Virus record (IMG/VR): IMGVR_UViG_3300032318_001009
Span: 1 to 25,807 of that record
DNA from: a virus
Lineage: Duplodnaviria; Caudoviricetes
Reading direction: 5' to 3' (one strand)
Length of the DNA stretch: 25,807 bases
A program made the translations under genes and the position numbers. This document shows, in pieces, positions 1 to 8,989 of this stretch. Positions within the stretch are counted from its first letter, which is position 1. The number at the start of each line of letters is the position of its first letter. The notes under the pieces are model-generated. The model was not told where the DNA came from. It saw only the letters and a list, made by a program, of their open reading frames with translations, and did no database searches.

Positions 1-27
1 AGAATTGGGCAGAGAGAGGAATAAGAG

Positions 28-1971
28 ATGGCCGATCTAACTCAGGGCAATGGAGAAATTCCCTTTAAGTATAAGGTTGTGACCCCAGAGATAAACCAAC
101 CAGAAGTCAATCAAAATGTTTCTCCTGACTTCAAATACAAAGTCACCAGTGAAGCACCCCCTAGTTTGGCTGATACTGGCATGGATGTTGTGAAATCCTT
201 TGGCTCTCGCCTTGTCAAGGGTGCCACCTCCTTTGCTGATTTGCCAAGTAATCTCTTGCAGGGCGGCATGCGTATGGCAGAACGTGCCACGGGGTATGAC
301 ATCCCAGAATTTGCGGAGCGTAGTATGCTTGCCACAATGCCAGGTGGCATGTCCCGCGTTATAAACGGTGAAACCACCAAAGAGGCTATGACCCGTAATT
401 TTCCATCGGTTATGGGTTACGAATCAAAAACCACCCCTGGAAAATATGCGGGTGCCGTTGGAGAGTTTATCCCTGGTGCAATGGCTGGTCCTGGCGGGAT
501 TGCGCGAAACATTATCACGGGCGCTGTTCTACCCGCACTTGGAAGTGAATTTCTTGGCCAGACCTTTGAAGGTTCAAGCAATAAATATGTCGAACCAGCG
601 GCCCGATTGGCTGGGGCCATCCTTGGCGGATTTGGGTCTAACATTGTTGAGGGGATGGGTCGCCGTCTGATTTCACCTGGCGGCGGGGCGGCACCAGAAT
701 TGCTGGCCGCAGCGGACACTCTTAAAAAAGCTGGTGTGAATGTAACGGCAGGCCAGAAGACTGGATCACCGTCAATCTTGGCGGCGGAGGGTGACACGGC
801 CCTTGGGCAGGCATTTTTTGGCGCAGCGCCAAACAGCCCTCAGATGCAGCAGTTTACAGAAGCGTCCATGAGAACACTGGGAAGCAATGCAAAACTTGCC
901 ACGCAAGATGCTATGGATGAGGCAAAAGATGACATTGTAAAACGAATGAACGACTCTGTCGCTGGCATTGATGTGCGCCCAACGTTTTCTCTGATTGACG
1001 ATATTTTCAAGATAAAAAAGGATTACATTGCAAACACGAACAAAACTGTTCGGCCTGAAATTATAGAAAACATTGCCAATGAGGTTAACAATGCCGCAAG
1101 GACGGGTCAGCCTATTTCAGCAACGCAAATGGCGGAATGGCGCAGAAACTTGGGTCAACAGCTTTACAGCAACGACAATTTTGTTGCTGATGCTGCGTAC
1201 TCTATGAGGTCTTCGCTTGATGATGCTATCGAAAATTCCATGATGGCGGTTGGCCAGCCAGAAAGAATGACAGCATGGCGACAGTCTCGTGACCAGTATC
1301 GCAACTTCCTTGCAATGGAAGACGCTTTAAAGCCGAATAAGGCCCGTGGCATTATGGGTATCGTAACCCCCCAAGACCTCATAAATGCTGTCACAAAACA
1401 GGATCGGCGCGGCGTAATCACTGGAAAAAGGGGTGAAATTAGCGATCTGGCCCAGTCTGGAGTTCTTGCTGCAAAACCGCTTCCAGCGCCCCGTGGAAAT
1501 CAGGCGCTGCGCGGTTCTCTTTCTCTTCCCCTAGCAGAGGGCTTGTCATCCATTCCAGCGGCCATCGGTGCGGTTCAAGCGGCATCATATCTTGGGCTAG
1601 GCCCAGTTGGCACGGCCCTAACCACATTGGGTGCGGTAGGTATTCCTATTGCCGATGCTGCGCGCAGACTGGTAATGCAACAAGCAATGCGGCCCACTGT
1701 GCAAAAGTATCTTGGGAATCAGCTTGTAAACAGACAGATACCATCAAGTGCGGTTGCGCCTGCCGTAAGGGGTGCAGCATCATCTCTTTACCTTGACCGC
1801 GAAGGCCGCAAATCGGGCGGTCGCGTGTCGTCGCACGAAATGGCAGCAGACCAGTTGGTTCGCGCCGCAGAACGTGCTAAGAGGGGCCTGAGCGCCCACA
1901 CAGAGGGCCTGCTGAACACGCCTGATGAGTCAGTGGCCAGCGCCTTGGAAATTGCGAATAGGAGCATCTGA
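28..1971 (+). CDS. Putative internal virion / DNA ejection (transfer) protein
   Basis: 647 aa, Ala/Gly-rich with amphipathic and hydrophobic stretches. AG-rich RBS upstream. Lies directly before the tail fibre with a TGATG overlap, the usual position of ejection proteins in P22-like podophages. Function is inferred from composition and position. Confidence 0.55.
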   Translation: MADLTQGNGEIPFKYKVVTPEINQPEVNQNVSPDFKYKVTSEAPPSLADTGMDVVKSFGSRLVKGATSFADLPSNLLQGGMRMAERATGYDIPEFAERSMLATMPGGMSRVINGETTKEAMTRNFPSVMGYESKTTPGKYAGAVGEFIPGAMAGPGGIARNIITGAVLPALGSEFLGQTFEGSSNKYVEPAARLAGAILGGFGSNIVEGMGRRLISPGGGAAPELLAAADTLKKAGVNVTAGQKTGSPSILAAEGDTALGQAFFGAAPNSPQMQQFTEASMRTLGSNAKLATQDAMDEAKDDIVKRMNDSVAGIDVRPTFSLIDDIFKIKKDYIANTNKTVRPEIIENIANEVNNAARTGQPISATQMAEWRRNLGQQLYSNDNFVADAAYSMRSSLDDAIENSMMAVGQPERMTAWRQSRDQYRNFLAMEDALKPNKARGIMGIVTPQDLINAVTKQDRRGVITGKRGEISDLAQSGVLAAKPLPAPRGNQALRGSLSLPLAEGLSSIPAAIGAVQAASYLGLGPVGTALTTLGAVGIPIADAARRLVMQQAMRPTVQKYLGNQLVNRQIPSSAVAPAVRGAASSLYLDREGRKSGGRVSSHEMAADQLVRAAERAKRGLSAHTEGLLNTPDESVASALEIANRSI

Positions 1972-3029
1972 TGGCAACTACAAACAAAGGACTAAGCCAA
2001 CCAGCGCTTGGCTCTGCAGGGTGGGGTACTCCCATCAATGACAACTCCACGGTCCTTGATAGGGCGCTGGGAGATTACGCAAATGTGGTTGGTACATCTG
2101 GCAACGTGTCCCTAAACACCACACAAGTTCAGAGCATGTGCCTGAAGTCTGACACTTTGGCGTTCACGGCTGACGTTACGTTTGTCGTTCCAATTGGTGT
2201 TTCTGGCCAGTGGGTGGTGGTCAACCAGAGCGCCTCAAACGTCCACAACCTGATTGTCAAGAATGCCGCCAGCGCCACCAGTGTATCCATTCCAAATGGC
2301 CAGACCCGCACGGTGTATTCGGACGGAAATATTGTTTTTTTTGTGGATACACAATCACCGTCGGCGCTGCAAAGCCTTGCCATCGGTAACAGCTTCGCCA
2401 CCGCAAACGCAAGCTGCGCTGGAACCAACGCCACCATCACTTTCTCTGGCGGGTATTTGATTGCCGTCGGGCAGGTTATCAGCGTCAAAGGTGTCACTCC
2501 CACGGGATACAATGGCGTGTGGACCGTCACGGCGTCATCGGCTGGGTCTGTGACCTTTGTGGTTCCAGCTACCCTGACCAGCCAGACCATTGCTGGCACG
2601 CTGTACTACGGGGCCATCACAGGCTCCACCCTAAACCTGTCTGGCAAGGGCGCTGTTTCTGGCGTGGCCACACAGACTGAGGCGGTTGCAGGCACCGATA
2701 ACACAACGCTTATGACGCCATTAAACCTTCGTCAAGGACTGAACGCCTCTGGCAGCGCCCCAATATTTGCCTGCCGTGCGTGGGGTACGTGCGATGCAAG
2801 TGGAAATTTTGTTTCAGGCGGAAACGTAGCATCAATTAGCGGCTTAAACCCGACCACTGTGACTTTCACCACAGCAATGCAGGACGCAAACTATTCTGTT
2901 GTCCTTGGCGGATTTGGCGGCGAGAGTAACACTCGTTACCCCCATATAAGAAGCAAAACTACTACAGGCTTCACAATGGCAAACGGTGCCAATACGGGCG
3001 GCGGTATGTCGTTTGCAGTGTTTAGGTAA
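1971..3029 (+). CDS. Tail fibre / receptor-binding protein
   Basis: 352 aa, Thr/Ser/Gly/Ala-rich beta-type composition. N-terminal anchor 'WGTPINDN..LD', fibre repeat 'ATQTEAVAGTDNTTLMTP', and C-terminal 'ACRAW...GNVASI...VTFTTAMQDANYSVV' module typical of phage fibre tips. Confidence 0.75.
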   Translation: MATTNKGLSQPALGSAGWGTPINDNSTVLDRALGDYANVVGTSGNVSLNTTQVQSMCLKSDTLAFTADVTFVVPIGVSGQWVVVNQSASNVHNLIVKNAASATSVSIPNGQTRTVYSDGNIVFFVDTQSPSALQSLAIGNSFATANASCAGTNATITFSGGYLIAVGQVISVKGVTPTGYNGVWTVTASSAGSVTFVVPATLTSQTIAGTLYYGAITGSTLNLSGKGAVSGVATQTEAVAGTDNTTLMTPLNLRQGLNASGSAPIFACRAWGTCDASGNFVSGGNVASISGLNPTTVTFTTAMQDANYSVVLGGFGGESNTRYPHIRSKTTTGFTMANGANTGGGMSFAVFR

Positions 3030-3032
3030 AGA

Positions 3033-3338
3033 TTAAACCCACACAACCCTGTACAGGTCACCGCCGCTGCGTACAAGGTCACAGTTGAACCTGCCAATGG
3101 GTAGGCTCTCAACTACTGATGCGGGGAACGTAATACGAATGGTCGCGCTTTGTTTGCTGGTCTTGTTGGCAACGGAATCACCACCCTCGTGAAACTTGAG
3201 CGCGATGTCACCATACTGATTTACCATAACGTCAACAAATGGGATGTCAGGCACCATCCCAATTGGTATGATTATATATGCCACCCGTGGGTGCTTAAAG
3301 CTGCGCGTGATTGTGGGGACTTTCTTTTTATGGTTCAT
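3033..3338 (-). CDS. Hypothetical protein, last gene of the leftward replication operon
   Basis: 101 aa ORF with an ATGA overlap to the upstream gene at 3335-3338. Confidence 0.7.
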   Translation of the reverse strand: MNHKKKVPTITRSFKHPRVAYIIIPIGMVPDIPFVDVMVNQYGDIALKFHEGGDSVANKTSKQSATIRITFPASVVESLPIGRFNCDLVRSGGDLYRVVWV

Positions 3339-3568
3339 TTTTCAGATGCCTTAACCTTGCCGATGTGCGCCGTGTTCAAAATTACATCGCCCACGCTGTA
3401 ATACCCGCCGCCATCTTGCTTTCGGTAAAACTCCTCAACGACAATAAAGTCGCACTCATTCAGGGTATAGACAAAATCATGTACAGATTCAGCTTCATGC
3501 TCACCGATCACTTGGTGAATAGAATTTCCGCTTCGTGACGGCATGTTCAGAGTAATATAAAATTTCAT
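3335..3568 (-). CDS. Hypothetical phage protein (MKFYITLNMPSRSG...)
   Basis: Start reassigned to ATG 3568, which gives an ATGA overlap with the stop at 3565-3567 and has a GAGGA RBS upstream. Confidence 0.75.
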   Translation of the reverse strand: MKFYITLNMPSRSGNSIHQVIGEHEAESVHDFVYTLNECDFIVVEEFYRKQDGGGYYSVGDVILNTAHIGKVKASEK

Positions 3569-3801
3569 CGTGCATTCCTCTTTTTGTAAATCCTCCACAC
3601 CTCGTTTTCAACGTGGGGTCGGATTAATTCTGGCAGTCTGGACAGCGCGTTTTGTCTCGCCACCTTTCCATTCATGGATAAGATGGAGATTGCCCCATCA
3701 TAGATATGTTTGCTGCACACGGATTGGATCGAGTCGTCCTCGTCTTCAAGCCTTACCTTGCCAGTCAACACGCGTCTAATACGCTCACTTGGCTTTAGCA
3801 T
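3565..3801 (-). CDS. Hypothetical phage protein (MLKPSERIRRV...)
   Basis: Start reassigned to ATG 3801 with GGAG upstream. Short overlap with the end of the VRR-NUC gene. Confidence 0.7.
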   Translation of the reverse strand: MLKPSERIRRVLTGKVRLEDEDDSIQSVCSKHIYDGAISILSMNGKVARQNALSRLPELIRPHVENEVWRIYKKRNAR

Positions 3802-4192
3802 CAAGCCACTCCCCAAACGCCTGCCACGCAGCATCAGCGCCCAGCGCGATACACACAAAGCATCCTGCATCCTGCGCCGCACGCATGTAATTAATCTGAG
3901 CCTGATGAAGGGAAGAAAGCATGTGATCTCGGCGCTTCAACTCGCACACAAAGCTGGGATTTGATGGTATGATGATGTCGGTCGCGCCCGTTGTCATCCC
4001 CTCGCTCTTTTCCTTAGCCGCCTGCAGGTGCGTGCGCTTCCCCTCGTTTCGGGGGTGTATGGCAATTGCGCCATATTTAGGATGGTGACGCCGAACCCTT
4101 GCAAAAAAAGTTACCTGTTCCAGAGTCTCCGAGGGGCATTTCCCTCGGAAGTCCATGTCACCGTATACTTTTAGGTCGCTGGGGACTTTCAT
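3785..4192 (-). CDS. VRR-NUC / PD-(D/E)XK nuclease (Holliday junction resolvase-like)
   Basis: Motifs 'E..EQ...', 'HPRNEGKR', 'EGMTTGATDIII', 'FVCELKR', 'Q..Y....Q..G..V.IA.G' are typical of phage VRR-NUC proteins. Start probably 4192 (alternative 4204). Confidence 0.8.
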   Translation of the reverse strand: MKVPSDLKVYGDMDFRGKCPSETLEQVTFFARVRRHHPKYGAIAIHPRNEGKRTHLQAAKEKSEGMTTGATDIIIPSNPSFVCELKRRDHMLSSLHQAQINYMRAAQDAGCFVCIALGADAAWQAFGEWLDAKAK

Positions 4193-5960
4193 CTGCACTC
4201 TCATTGTAAGCAAAGACGCTGTAGAAACCGCTGTCGGCGTCTTTTGCATATGTAATTGTCTTGGGTACTGACCCGCCAAGATTGTCAAACAGGGCCTTCT
4301 GGATTCTGGCTTTGTGGAACGTCGGCTCTTTCAACACCCAGAATGAGAATGACCTATAAGGGGTGACCACGTCAACCCTGCGCGTGGCCTTTCCAGAGTT
4401 TGAGATGTGATCGCGCTCTTTCCATTCCACTACTTCGTCGGTTTGGCGGCGTGTTGGGTCTTTTTTCATATTCTTGAAGTCAACGGCCAGCTTTTCGTTG
4501 GGGTCAACTATTTCCGCCTTGCACTCAATGCAATACCGCGCCGCTATGTCATTTTCAGCGTCACACGCGCCGCATTTTTTGAATGTCCATCTGTGGTAAC
4601 ACTGGACCTCGTCTCCCGCCACGTTGACGGTGGCTCGGCAACGGCGGCCAAAGTGCGCTGGCATTGGCCCCCACTCCGTCTCAATGGGGTTTCCGTCGAG
4701 GTCGAGAAAATGCCCATGAATGTCAATCTGGTATCCGTCAAAATTTGGCCGCGCCGCAAACGTATTTTCGGCCTCACACAGCGGACAGACAGCCTTCAAC
4801 TCTGACATTTCACCGCCCGAAACAGAAACCTTGATTTCTGGGTTAAATATGTCCCCATCGGGGCAATGGCGCTCGATGTTTTGGGCGTAATCCAAAATCA
4901 TGCAATCGTTCTTGCCCTCGTCCCAGCGCAGGCCACGGCCTATGATCTGCTGCAGCAGGCCGACGCTTTCAGTGGCACGCAGGAGGGCCACCACGTCAAC
5001 GTGCGGCGCGTCAAACCCTGTGGTGAGGACCGAAACGTTTACGAGGTACTTGATCTGGTGCGCCTTGAAGCAGCGCAAGATGCTGTCACGCGTGACTTTT
5101 GGTGTCTCTCCTGTAACGAGGGCCGACAGGTTGGATGGCAGGCTGGCCATGACCTCTTGGGCGTGTTGCACGGTGGCCGCAAAGATCATCACACCCTTGC
5201 GGTCTGCGGATCGGGTGACGATGTCGGCCACAATCAGGGATGTCTTGCGGCCATGCCCGTGGTATGCCCTGTCAACATCAGAGGCATTGAATTTCCCCGT
5301 GGTGTTGATCTCCATTGCCATCGTCTCATAGGCTTCACCGCCCGTCTCAGACACATATGGCCGCGTCAGATACCCAGCCTCAATAAGTTCAGTTGCCCTG
5401 ATGCGGTGAACGCAGGCGGCAAAATAGGGGGCCTTGGTCTGCCACTCTGCCACAGGCGTGCCGTCTGGCCACTTGTTGAACACATATCCCGTGTTCATAC
5501 GGTATGGCGTAGCAGACAGGCCAATCACGCGCAGGTTCTCGTTGGCGTCCCGCATGGCGTCGATGATGGATTTGACCGTTGGGGTCAGCCCGTGGCATTC
5601 ATCTATTATCACCGCCGCAAATTGGTTCCCAAAGCGAGATATGGCGTTGCTGACAGTCACGGGCGTCCCGAATACAACGGGATACCGTAGGCTTTTCTGT
5701 CCTGCGGATGCGCTGAAGATGGACGCCTTGGCACCTGTCAGTTTGTACTTGTCAGCGTTCTGCACCACCAACTCGGCGGATGGGGCCAAGCACAGGATAT
5801 GCTTGCCCCCAGACATCTTGTTGATCGACTCAGCCACGGCGGCGATGATGTGGGACTTGCCCGCACCTGTCGCCGCCTCAATGCAGCATGGGGAACGGCT
5901 TGTCTTCACCCACGACATGATGGCGTCGTGGGATTCCTGCTGGTACGGGCGCAGTGTCAT
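4158..5960 (-). CDS. Superfamily 2 DExH helicase (RadD/YejH-like) with C-terminal zinc ribbons
   Basis: Q motif 'LRPYQ', Walker A 'AATGAGKS', 'DECH', motif III 'SAT', 'LTTGFDAP', motif VI 'QIIGRGLR', and CxxC pairs near the C-terminus. Start 5960 gives an ATGA overlap with the exonuclease stop. Confidence 0.92.
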   Translation of the reverse strand: MTLRPYQQESHDAIMSWVKTSRSPCCIEAATGAGKSHIIAAVAESINKMSGGKHILCLAPSAELVVQNADKYKLTGAKASIFSASAGQKSLRYPVVFGTPVTVSNAISRFGNQFAAVIIDECHGLTPTVKSIIDAMRDANENLRVIGLSATPYRMNTGYVFNKWPDGTPVAEWQTKAPYFAACVHRIRATELIEAGYLTRPYVSETGGEAYETMAMEINTTGKFNASDVDRAYHGHGRKTSLIVADIVTRSADRKGVMIFAATVQHAQEVMASLPSNLSALVTGETPKVTRDSILRCFKAHQIKYLVNVSVLTTGFDAPHVDVVALLRATESVGLLQQIIGRGLRWDEGKNDCMILDYAQNIERHCPDGDIFNPEIKVSVSGGEMSELKAVCPLCEAENTFAARPNFDGYQIDIHGHFLDLDGNPIETEWGPMPAHFGRRCRATVNVAGDEVQCYHRWTFKKCGACDAENDIAARYCIECKAEIVDPNEKLAVDFKNMKKDPTRRQTDEVVEWKERDHISNSGKATRRVDVVTPYRSFSFWVLKEPTFHKARIQKALFDNLGGSVPKTITYAKDADSGFYSVFAYNESADESPQRPKSIR

Positions 5961-6826
5961 TTCAGGGTCCAATACTTGGACGGCTTACCACGCCACGGCT
6001 CAAGGTTGGCATTTGGGGCAAGTTCTTTGATCGCCTTTGCGTATGAGATCGCGCCAGCCTTTTCAACCTTGGTCAGTTTCTTACCGCCAAATACAGCATT
6101 CTCACCGCCGCACATCTCAACAATGCTTTCCAAAAGTTCTTTACTGCGCTCTTCGGCCCGTGCGATGGCATCCTGGAGGTCGTTGTACTCGGCCACCATC
6201 TGCAACGCCCGTGGGGTGTCCACAGTGGCGCGCTTGTCTTCAAGATATTCGTCTGGCTCGTCGCACTCGGCCAGAAATTCTTGATAGAACGCCTCAAGCT
6301 TTGGCAGGTTTTCGTAGACCCACAACAAGTCGTAGGTAATTACCTGCAGTACGTTCCCATGTGGGGTCCATTGCCAAAAATGACTATAATGTCTATCTGT
6401 AACAAACATCTGGATTTGCATTTGGGCATAATAATGCGGTTGCTGTTCAATGGTTTTGAACGCTGGGTTTTCGTCATTTCTGATGCCAAATGGGCATTTT
6501 ATTTCAACAACTGAATATTTATCAATATATCCATCTGGGCTGGCACCGATCCAGTTGTGCTTTTGATGTACAACAAAACTTGCTGGCTTTACTCGGATAT
6601 TCATGTGACGTTCAAGAGCCTCACGCGCCTCGTCCTCGTGGGTGACACCCCACTGGGTGGCGATGTTGCCGACGAACTCTGACGGCGCGCCGTGATAGGC
6701 ACGCACCATGCGGCGCATCGCCTCCTCGCGGGTGCAGTTGGGGTCAAGGCCGAGGATAGCCCCCACCATTGACCCTGTGACGCGTCCCTTGCGGGCGTCG
6801 AACCATTCTTGTGATCTCTGTTCCAT
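5957..6826 (-). CDS. YqaJ / lambda-exonuclease family protein
   Basis: Motifs 'QRSQEWFDARKGRVTGS', 'G..HE..A', 'GASPDG', 'EIKCP', 'YYAQMQIQM'. Confidence 0.92.
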   Translation of the reverse strand: MEQRSQEWFDARKGRVTGSMVGAILGLDPNCTREEAMRRMVRAYHGAPSEFVGNIATQWGVTHEDEAREALERHMNIRVKPASFVVHQKHNWIGASPDGYIDKYSVVEIKCPFGIRNDENPAFKTIEQQPHYYAQMQIQMFVTDRHYSHFWQWTPHGNVLQVITYDLLWVYENLPKLEAFYQEFLAECDEPDEYLEDKRATVDTPRALQMVAEYNDLQDAIARAEERSKELLESIVEMCGGENAVFGGKKLTKVEKAGAISYAKAIKELAPNANLEPWRGKPSKYWTLK

Positions 6827-6828
6827 AT

Positions 6829-7281
6829 TTAATCCTTATGTTCATCTTTATGGCATTGAACGCAAAGCCATATCACATCCACTGGTTTTGTATAATCATG
6901 ATGGTGAGCGTGGATGCGCCTACTCACCTCTTTTTTTCCGCATTTTGAACAGAAATTCGGCTTTTCAATAAGTCCATTTTTGACCGCATTTCCAAGAATA
7001 ACATGAGCGGCACGTTTTTCTGGAGATTTTTCTATCCACTTAATTCTGCTGGCTTCCACAGACAATTTACCAGCGGGTGTACGTTTATATTCTTTGTGGC
7101 GCTCTCTTACTTTCGGGTCTTCCTGAAACCTTTTGGCGTCATACTCACGATAATAATCAAGTTTTTCTTCTCTGTTCTCCTTTACTTTTCTTTTGTGGCA
7201 TTCCTTACACCGATTTGTTACCCCAGTGTAAAACTCAGCAACGTCACTTGTCACGTTGCAGACCTTGCATGTGTGTGTCAT
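6829..7281 (-). CDS. Free-standing HNH-type (zinc-binding) endonuclease, probable homing element
   Basis: CxxC...CxxC N-terminus, then 'CSKC...IHAHHHDYTKP.DVIWLC.QCH..EH'. AT-rich (19/60 G+C in 7141-7200) relative to its neighbours. Inserted between SSB and exonuclease and has its own promoter. Confidence 0.75.
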   Translation of the reverse strand: MTHTCKVCNVTSDVAEFYTGVTNRCKECHKRKVKENREEKLDYYREYDAKRFQEDPKVRERHKEYKRTPAGKLSVEASRIKWIEKSPEKRAAHVILGNAVKNGLIEKPNFCSKCGKKEVSRRIHAHHHDYTKPVDVIWLCVQCHKDEHKD

Positions 7282-7316
7282 GGCCCCAAAATAGGGGCCA
7301 TAACGGGATATGTCAA
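7280..7316 (-). promoter_or_regulatory. Sigma70-type promoter for the HNH gene, overlapped by a hairpin; predicted leaderless transcript
   Basis: Minus strand reads TTGACA-17 nt-TATTTT-GGGGCC-ATG. The 8-bp inverted repeat ATGGCCCC/GGGGCCAT (7280-7301) has the -10 hexamer as its loop. Confidence 0.65.
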
Positions 7317-7325
7317 GATATTCCC

Positions 7326-7943
7326 TTAAAATGGGATTGAGTCGTCGTCCAACGATTTATTTGACGACCCACGCCCAGCCGACGCCTTCGCCTGAGACGC
7401 CTGCAGCTTTGCCAATTCCTCTGGGCTGGTGCGCTCGGCGTTCTTTGGCGCGACCGCGCCGACCCAGTTGCCCTCGATCAGCGCGCCAGTCATGCGGTCT
7501 GTCTGCTGCCACACCATGACCTTGATGACCATCGGCTTCATGGTCAGGGACGACGTTAGGTCGATGTCTGTCGGCATGGCACCCTTGGCAGCCAGCTTTC
7601 CGCCCGCGTTGGCGTCGATTGCCATCAGCATGCGCTTTGCCTTGTCGCGCTTCGCCTTGGCCTTGTCTTCGCCCTTTTTCAACGCCGCTGGTTCATAATC
7701 GTCAACCCACAGCTTTTGGAAGATTTTGCGGTTGGCCAACTCTTCTGGCTGCAAAACAGTCCAGCGGATGCTGATAAACTTGTCGCCGTCGTTGTTGCGG
7801 TCCCACTTCGCCTCGTCGATTGCGGCCAGAACCTGCGTCCCCTCTGGGATGACCTCAATCTTGCCACCGCCAGCGTCAAACGCGCCGTTGTTTTCTTCGT
7901 CCTTGAGGTCAGTGTTGTCTGACAGTTTCCAAAAATCGCTCAT
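7326..7943 (-). CDS. Single-stranded DNA-binding protein (DUF669-like)
   Basis: 'IPEGT.V.A.IDEAKW', 'NRKIFQKLWV' and acidic C-terminal tip 'DDDSIPF'. Adjacent to a Sak4-like ATPase. Confidence 0.8.
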   Translation of the reverse strand: MSDFWKLSDNTDLKDEENNGAFDAGGGKIEVIPEGTQVLAAIDEAKWDRNNDGDKFISIRWTVLQPEELANRKIFQKLWVDDYEPAALKKGEDKAKAKRDKAKRMLMAIDANAGGKLAAKGAMPTDIDLTSSLTMKPMVIKVMVWQQTDRMTGALIEGNWVGAVAPKNAERTSPEELAKLQASQAKASAGRGSSNKSLDDDSIPF

Positions 7944-8716
7944 TTCACGTCTTCCTTCTTAACTTTAATGGGTTTCGGCAGGTATTGGGCAAACGGGTTG
8001 ACCCCGATTTCCAAAGTAATTGGCTCGTTGATACCGAAACGGTTCTTTGAGACGTTTGCGGCCATCGCGTGGCACACAAGTTGGCGCGTGCCATCAGAGT
8101 GGGCCTTCTTCAGGTCGCCGTCGCCAACGACGTAGGTTTCAAGTCGGATGAAGCCGATGGCGTCCACGTTGTCGATGTACGGCAGGGTGGACTTCTCGTT
8201 CATCCGCATGGCATATTTGGTGTATGCGTTTGCGTCTGGCGGCTCGATCCGAACCGTCTCGGCGTGGGCGACAAACACAATGTTCATGCCCCTGTCCATC
8301 AGGATGCCGCATGCGTTGCGGACACGGCGGTGCAGACTGGCAATCATGTCACGGCCAGCGCCATACCCACCGTGGGCCTGATTGAGGCTCTTTGGCTTTT
8401 TGGGGTCCGTATCAAGGACGTGATCCGTGAAGATCGTGTCCAGCGTGGTGACCGTGTCGATGACCAGGGTCTGATACTCATGTTCATCACGGATCAGAGC
8501 CGTCAACTGCCCCCACAAGTCTTCAACAGACTTGATCAGCGGTAGCGCATCAGGCATCATCGCGTCAGGCACAGACATAAGTCCGTCCTCTGATCGGATG
8601 AAGATTGGCTTTGGGAACGTAGCGGCAAGGCTTGTCTTACCGAGGCCCGCGTCACCAAGAATGGTGATCGCCACTGGGCGTTTTTGCGGTTTTCCCGCAG
8701 TAGCAAGAATACTCAT
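7940..8716 (-). CDS. Sak4-like AAA_24 ATPase / ssDNA annealing recombinase
   Basis: Walker A 'GDAGLGKT', Walker B 'TLVIDT', 'GGYGAG', 'VFVAH', 'SKNRFG'. AGGAG RBS upstream. Confidence 0.88.
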   Translation of the reverse strand: MSILATAGKPQKRPVAITILGDAGLGKTSLAATFPKPIFIRSEDGLMSVPDAMMPDALPLIKSVEDLWGQLTALIRDEHEYQTLVIDTVTTLDTIFTDHVLDTDPKKPKSLNQAHGGYGAGRDMIASLHRRVRNACGILMDRGMNIVFVAHAETVRIEPPDANAYTKYAMRMNEKSTLPYIDNVDAIGFIRLETYVVGDGDLKKAHSDGTRQLVCHAMAANVSKNRFGINEPITLEIGVNPFAQYLPKPIKVKKEDVK

Positions 8717-8745
8717 CTTCTCTCCTTTTCTTCTTCTCTACGGGC

Positions 8746-8777
8746 TTGACCATACGGGTCTAATGTGGGTATGTCAA
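8746..8777. promoter_or_regulatory. Overlapping divergent sigma70-type promoters
   Basis: Minus strand TTGACA-17-TATGGT (8777-8749). Plus strand TTGACC-18-TATGTC (8746-8775). Together they form the imperfect inverted repeat TTGAC(C)ATAC...GTATGTCAA. Confidence 0.6.
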
Positions 8778-8809
8778 CACACACACCACACACTTTTGAG
8801 GAAAAAAGA

Positions 8810-8986
8810 ATGCTCGATGATGATGAACTGTTGGATTTGGTAAAAAAAGCCTTAGTTGGCAGATACTTAACCTTTGTGGCAGAAAAGACTGGCCTGCACT
8901 ATAACACGGTTTGGAAAATTGCCCACGGTAAGACCAAGCCGAACCGCGATACACTTGAAACGCTGTCAGCGCACCTGTTTGGATGA
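8810..8986 (+). CDS. Cro/XRE-like helix-turn-helix regulator
   Basis: 58 aa 'LTFVAEKTGLHYNTVWKIAHGKTKPNRDTLETL' HTH pattern. GAGG RBS. First gene after the divergent promoters. Confidence 0.8.
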   Translation: MLDDDELLDLVKKALVGRYLTFVAEKTGLHYNTVWKIAHGKTKPNRDTLETLSAHLFG

Positions 8987-8989
8987 ATT

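Noticed and set aside
1971-3029. Diversity-generating retroelement or invertible segment acting on the tail fibre
   Set aside because: No reverse transcriptase, invertase or second copy of the 3' region seen in this window.
3033-3338. AbrB/MraZ-like fold call from 'IIIP' and 'ITFP' segments
   Set aside because: The resemblance is too short to support without a profile search.
4866-5690. 274-aa plus-strand ORF and others antisense to the helicase
   Set aside because: Shadow ORFs from GC3-rich codon usage on the opposite strand; no RBS or recognisable motifs.
6829-7325. Group I intron carrying the HNH
   Set aside because: Both flanking genes are intact with their own starts and stops, and there is no room for an intron core.
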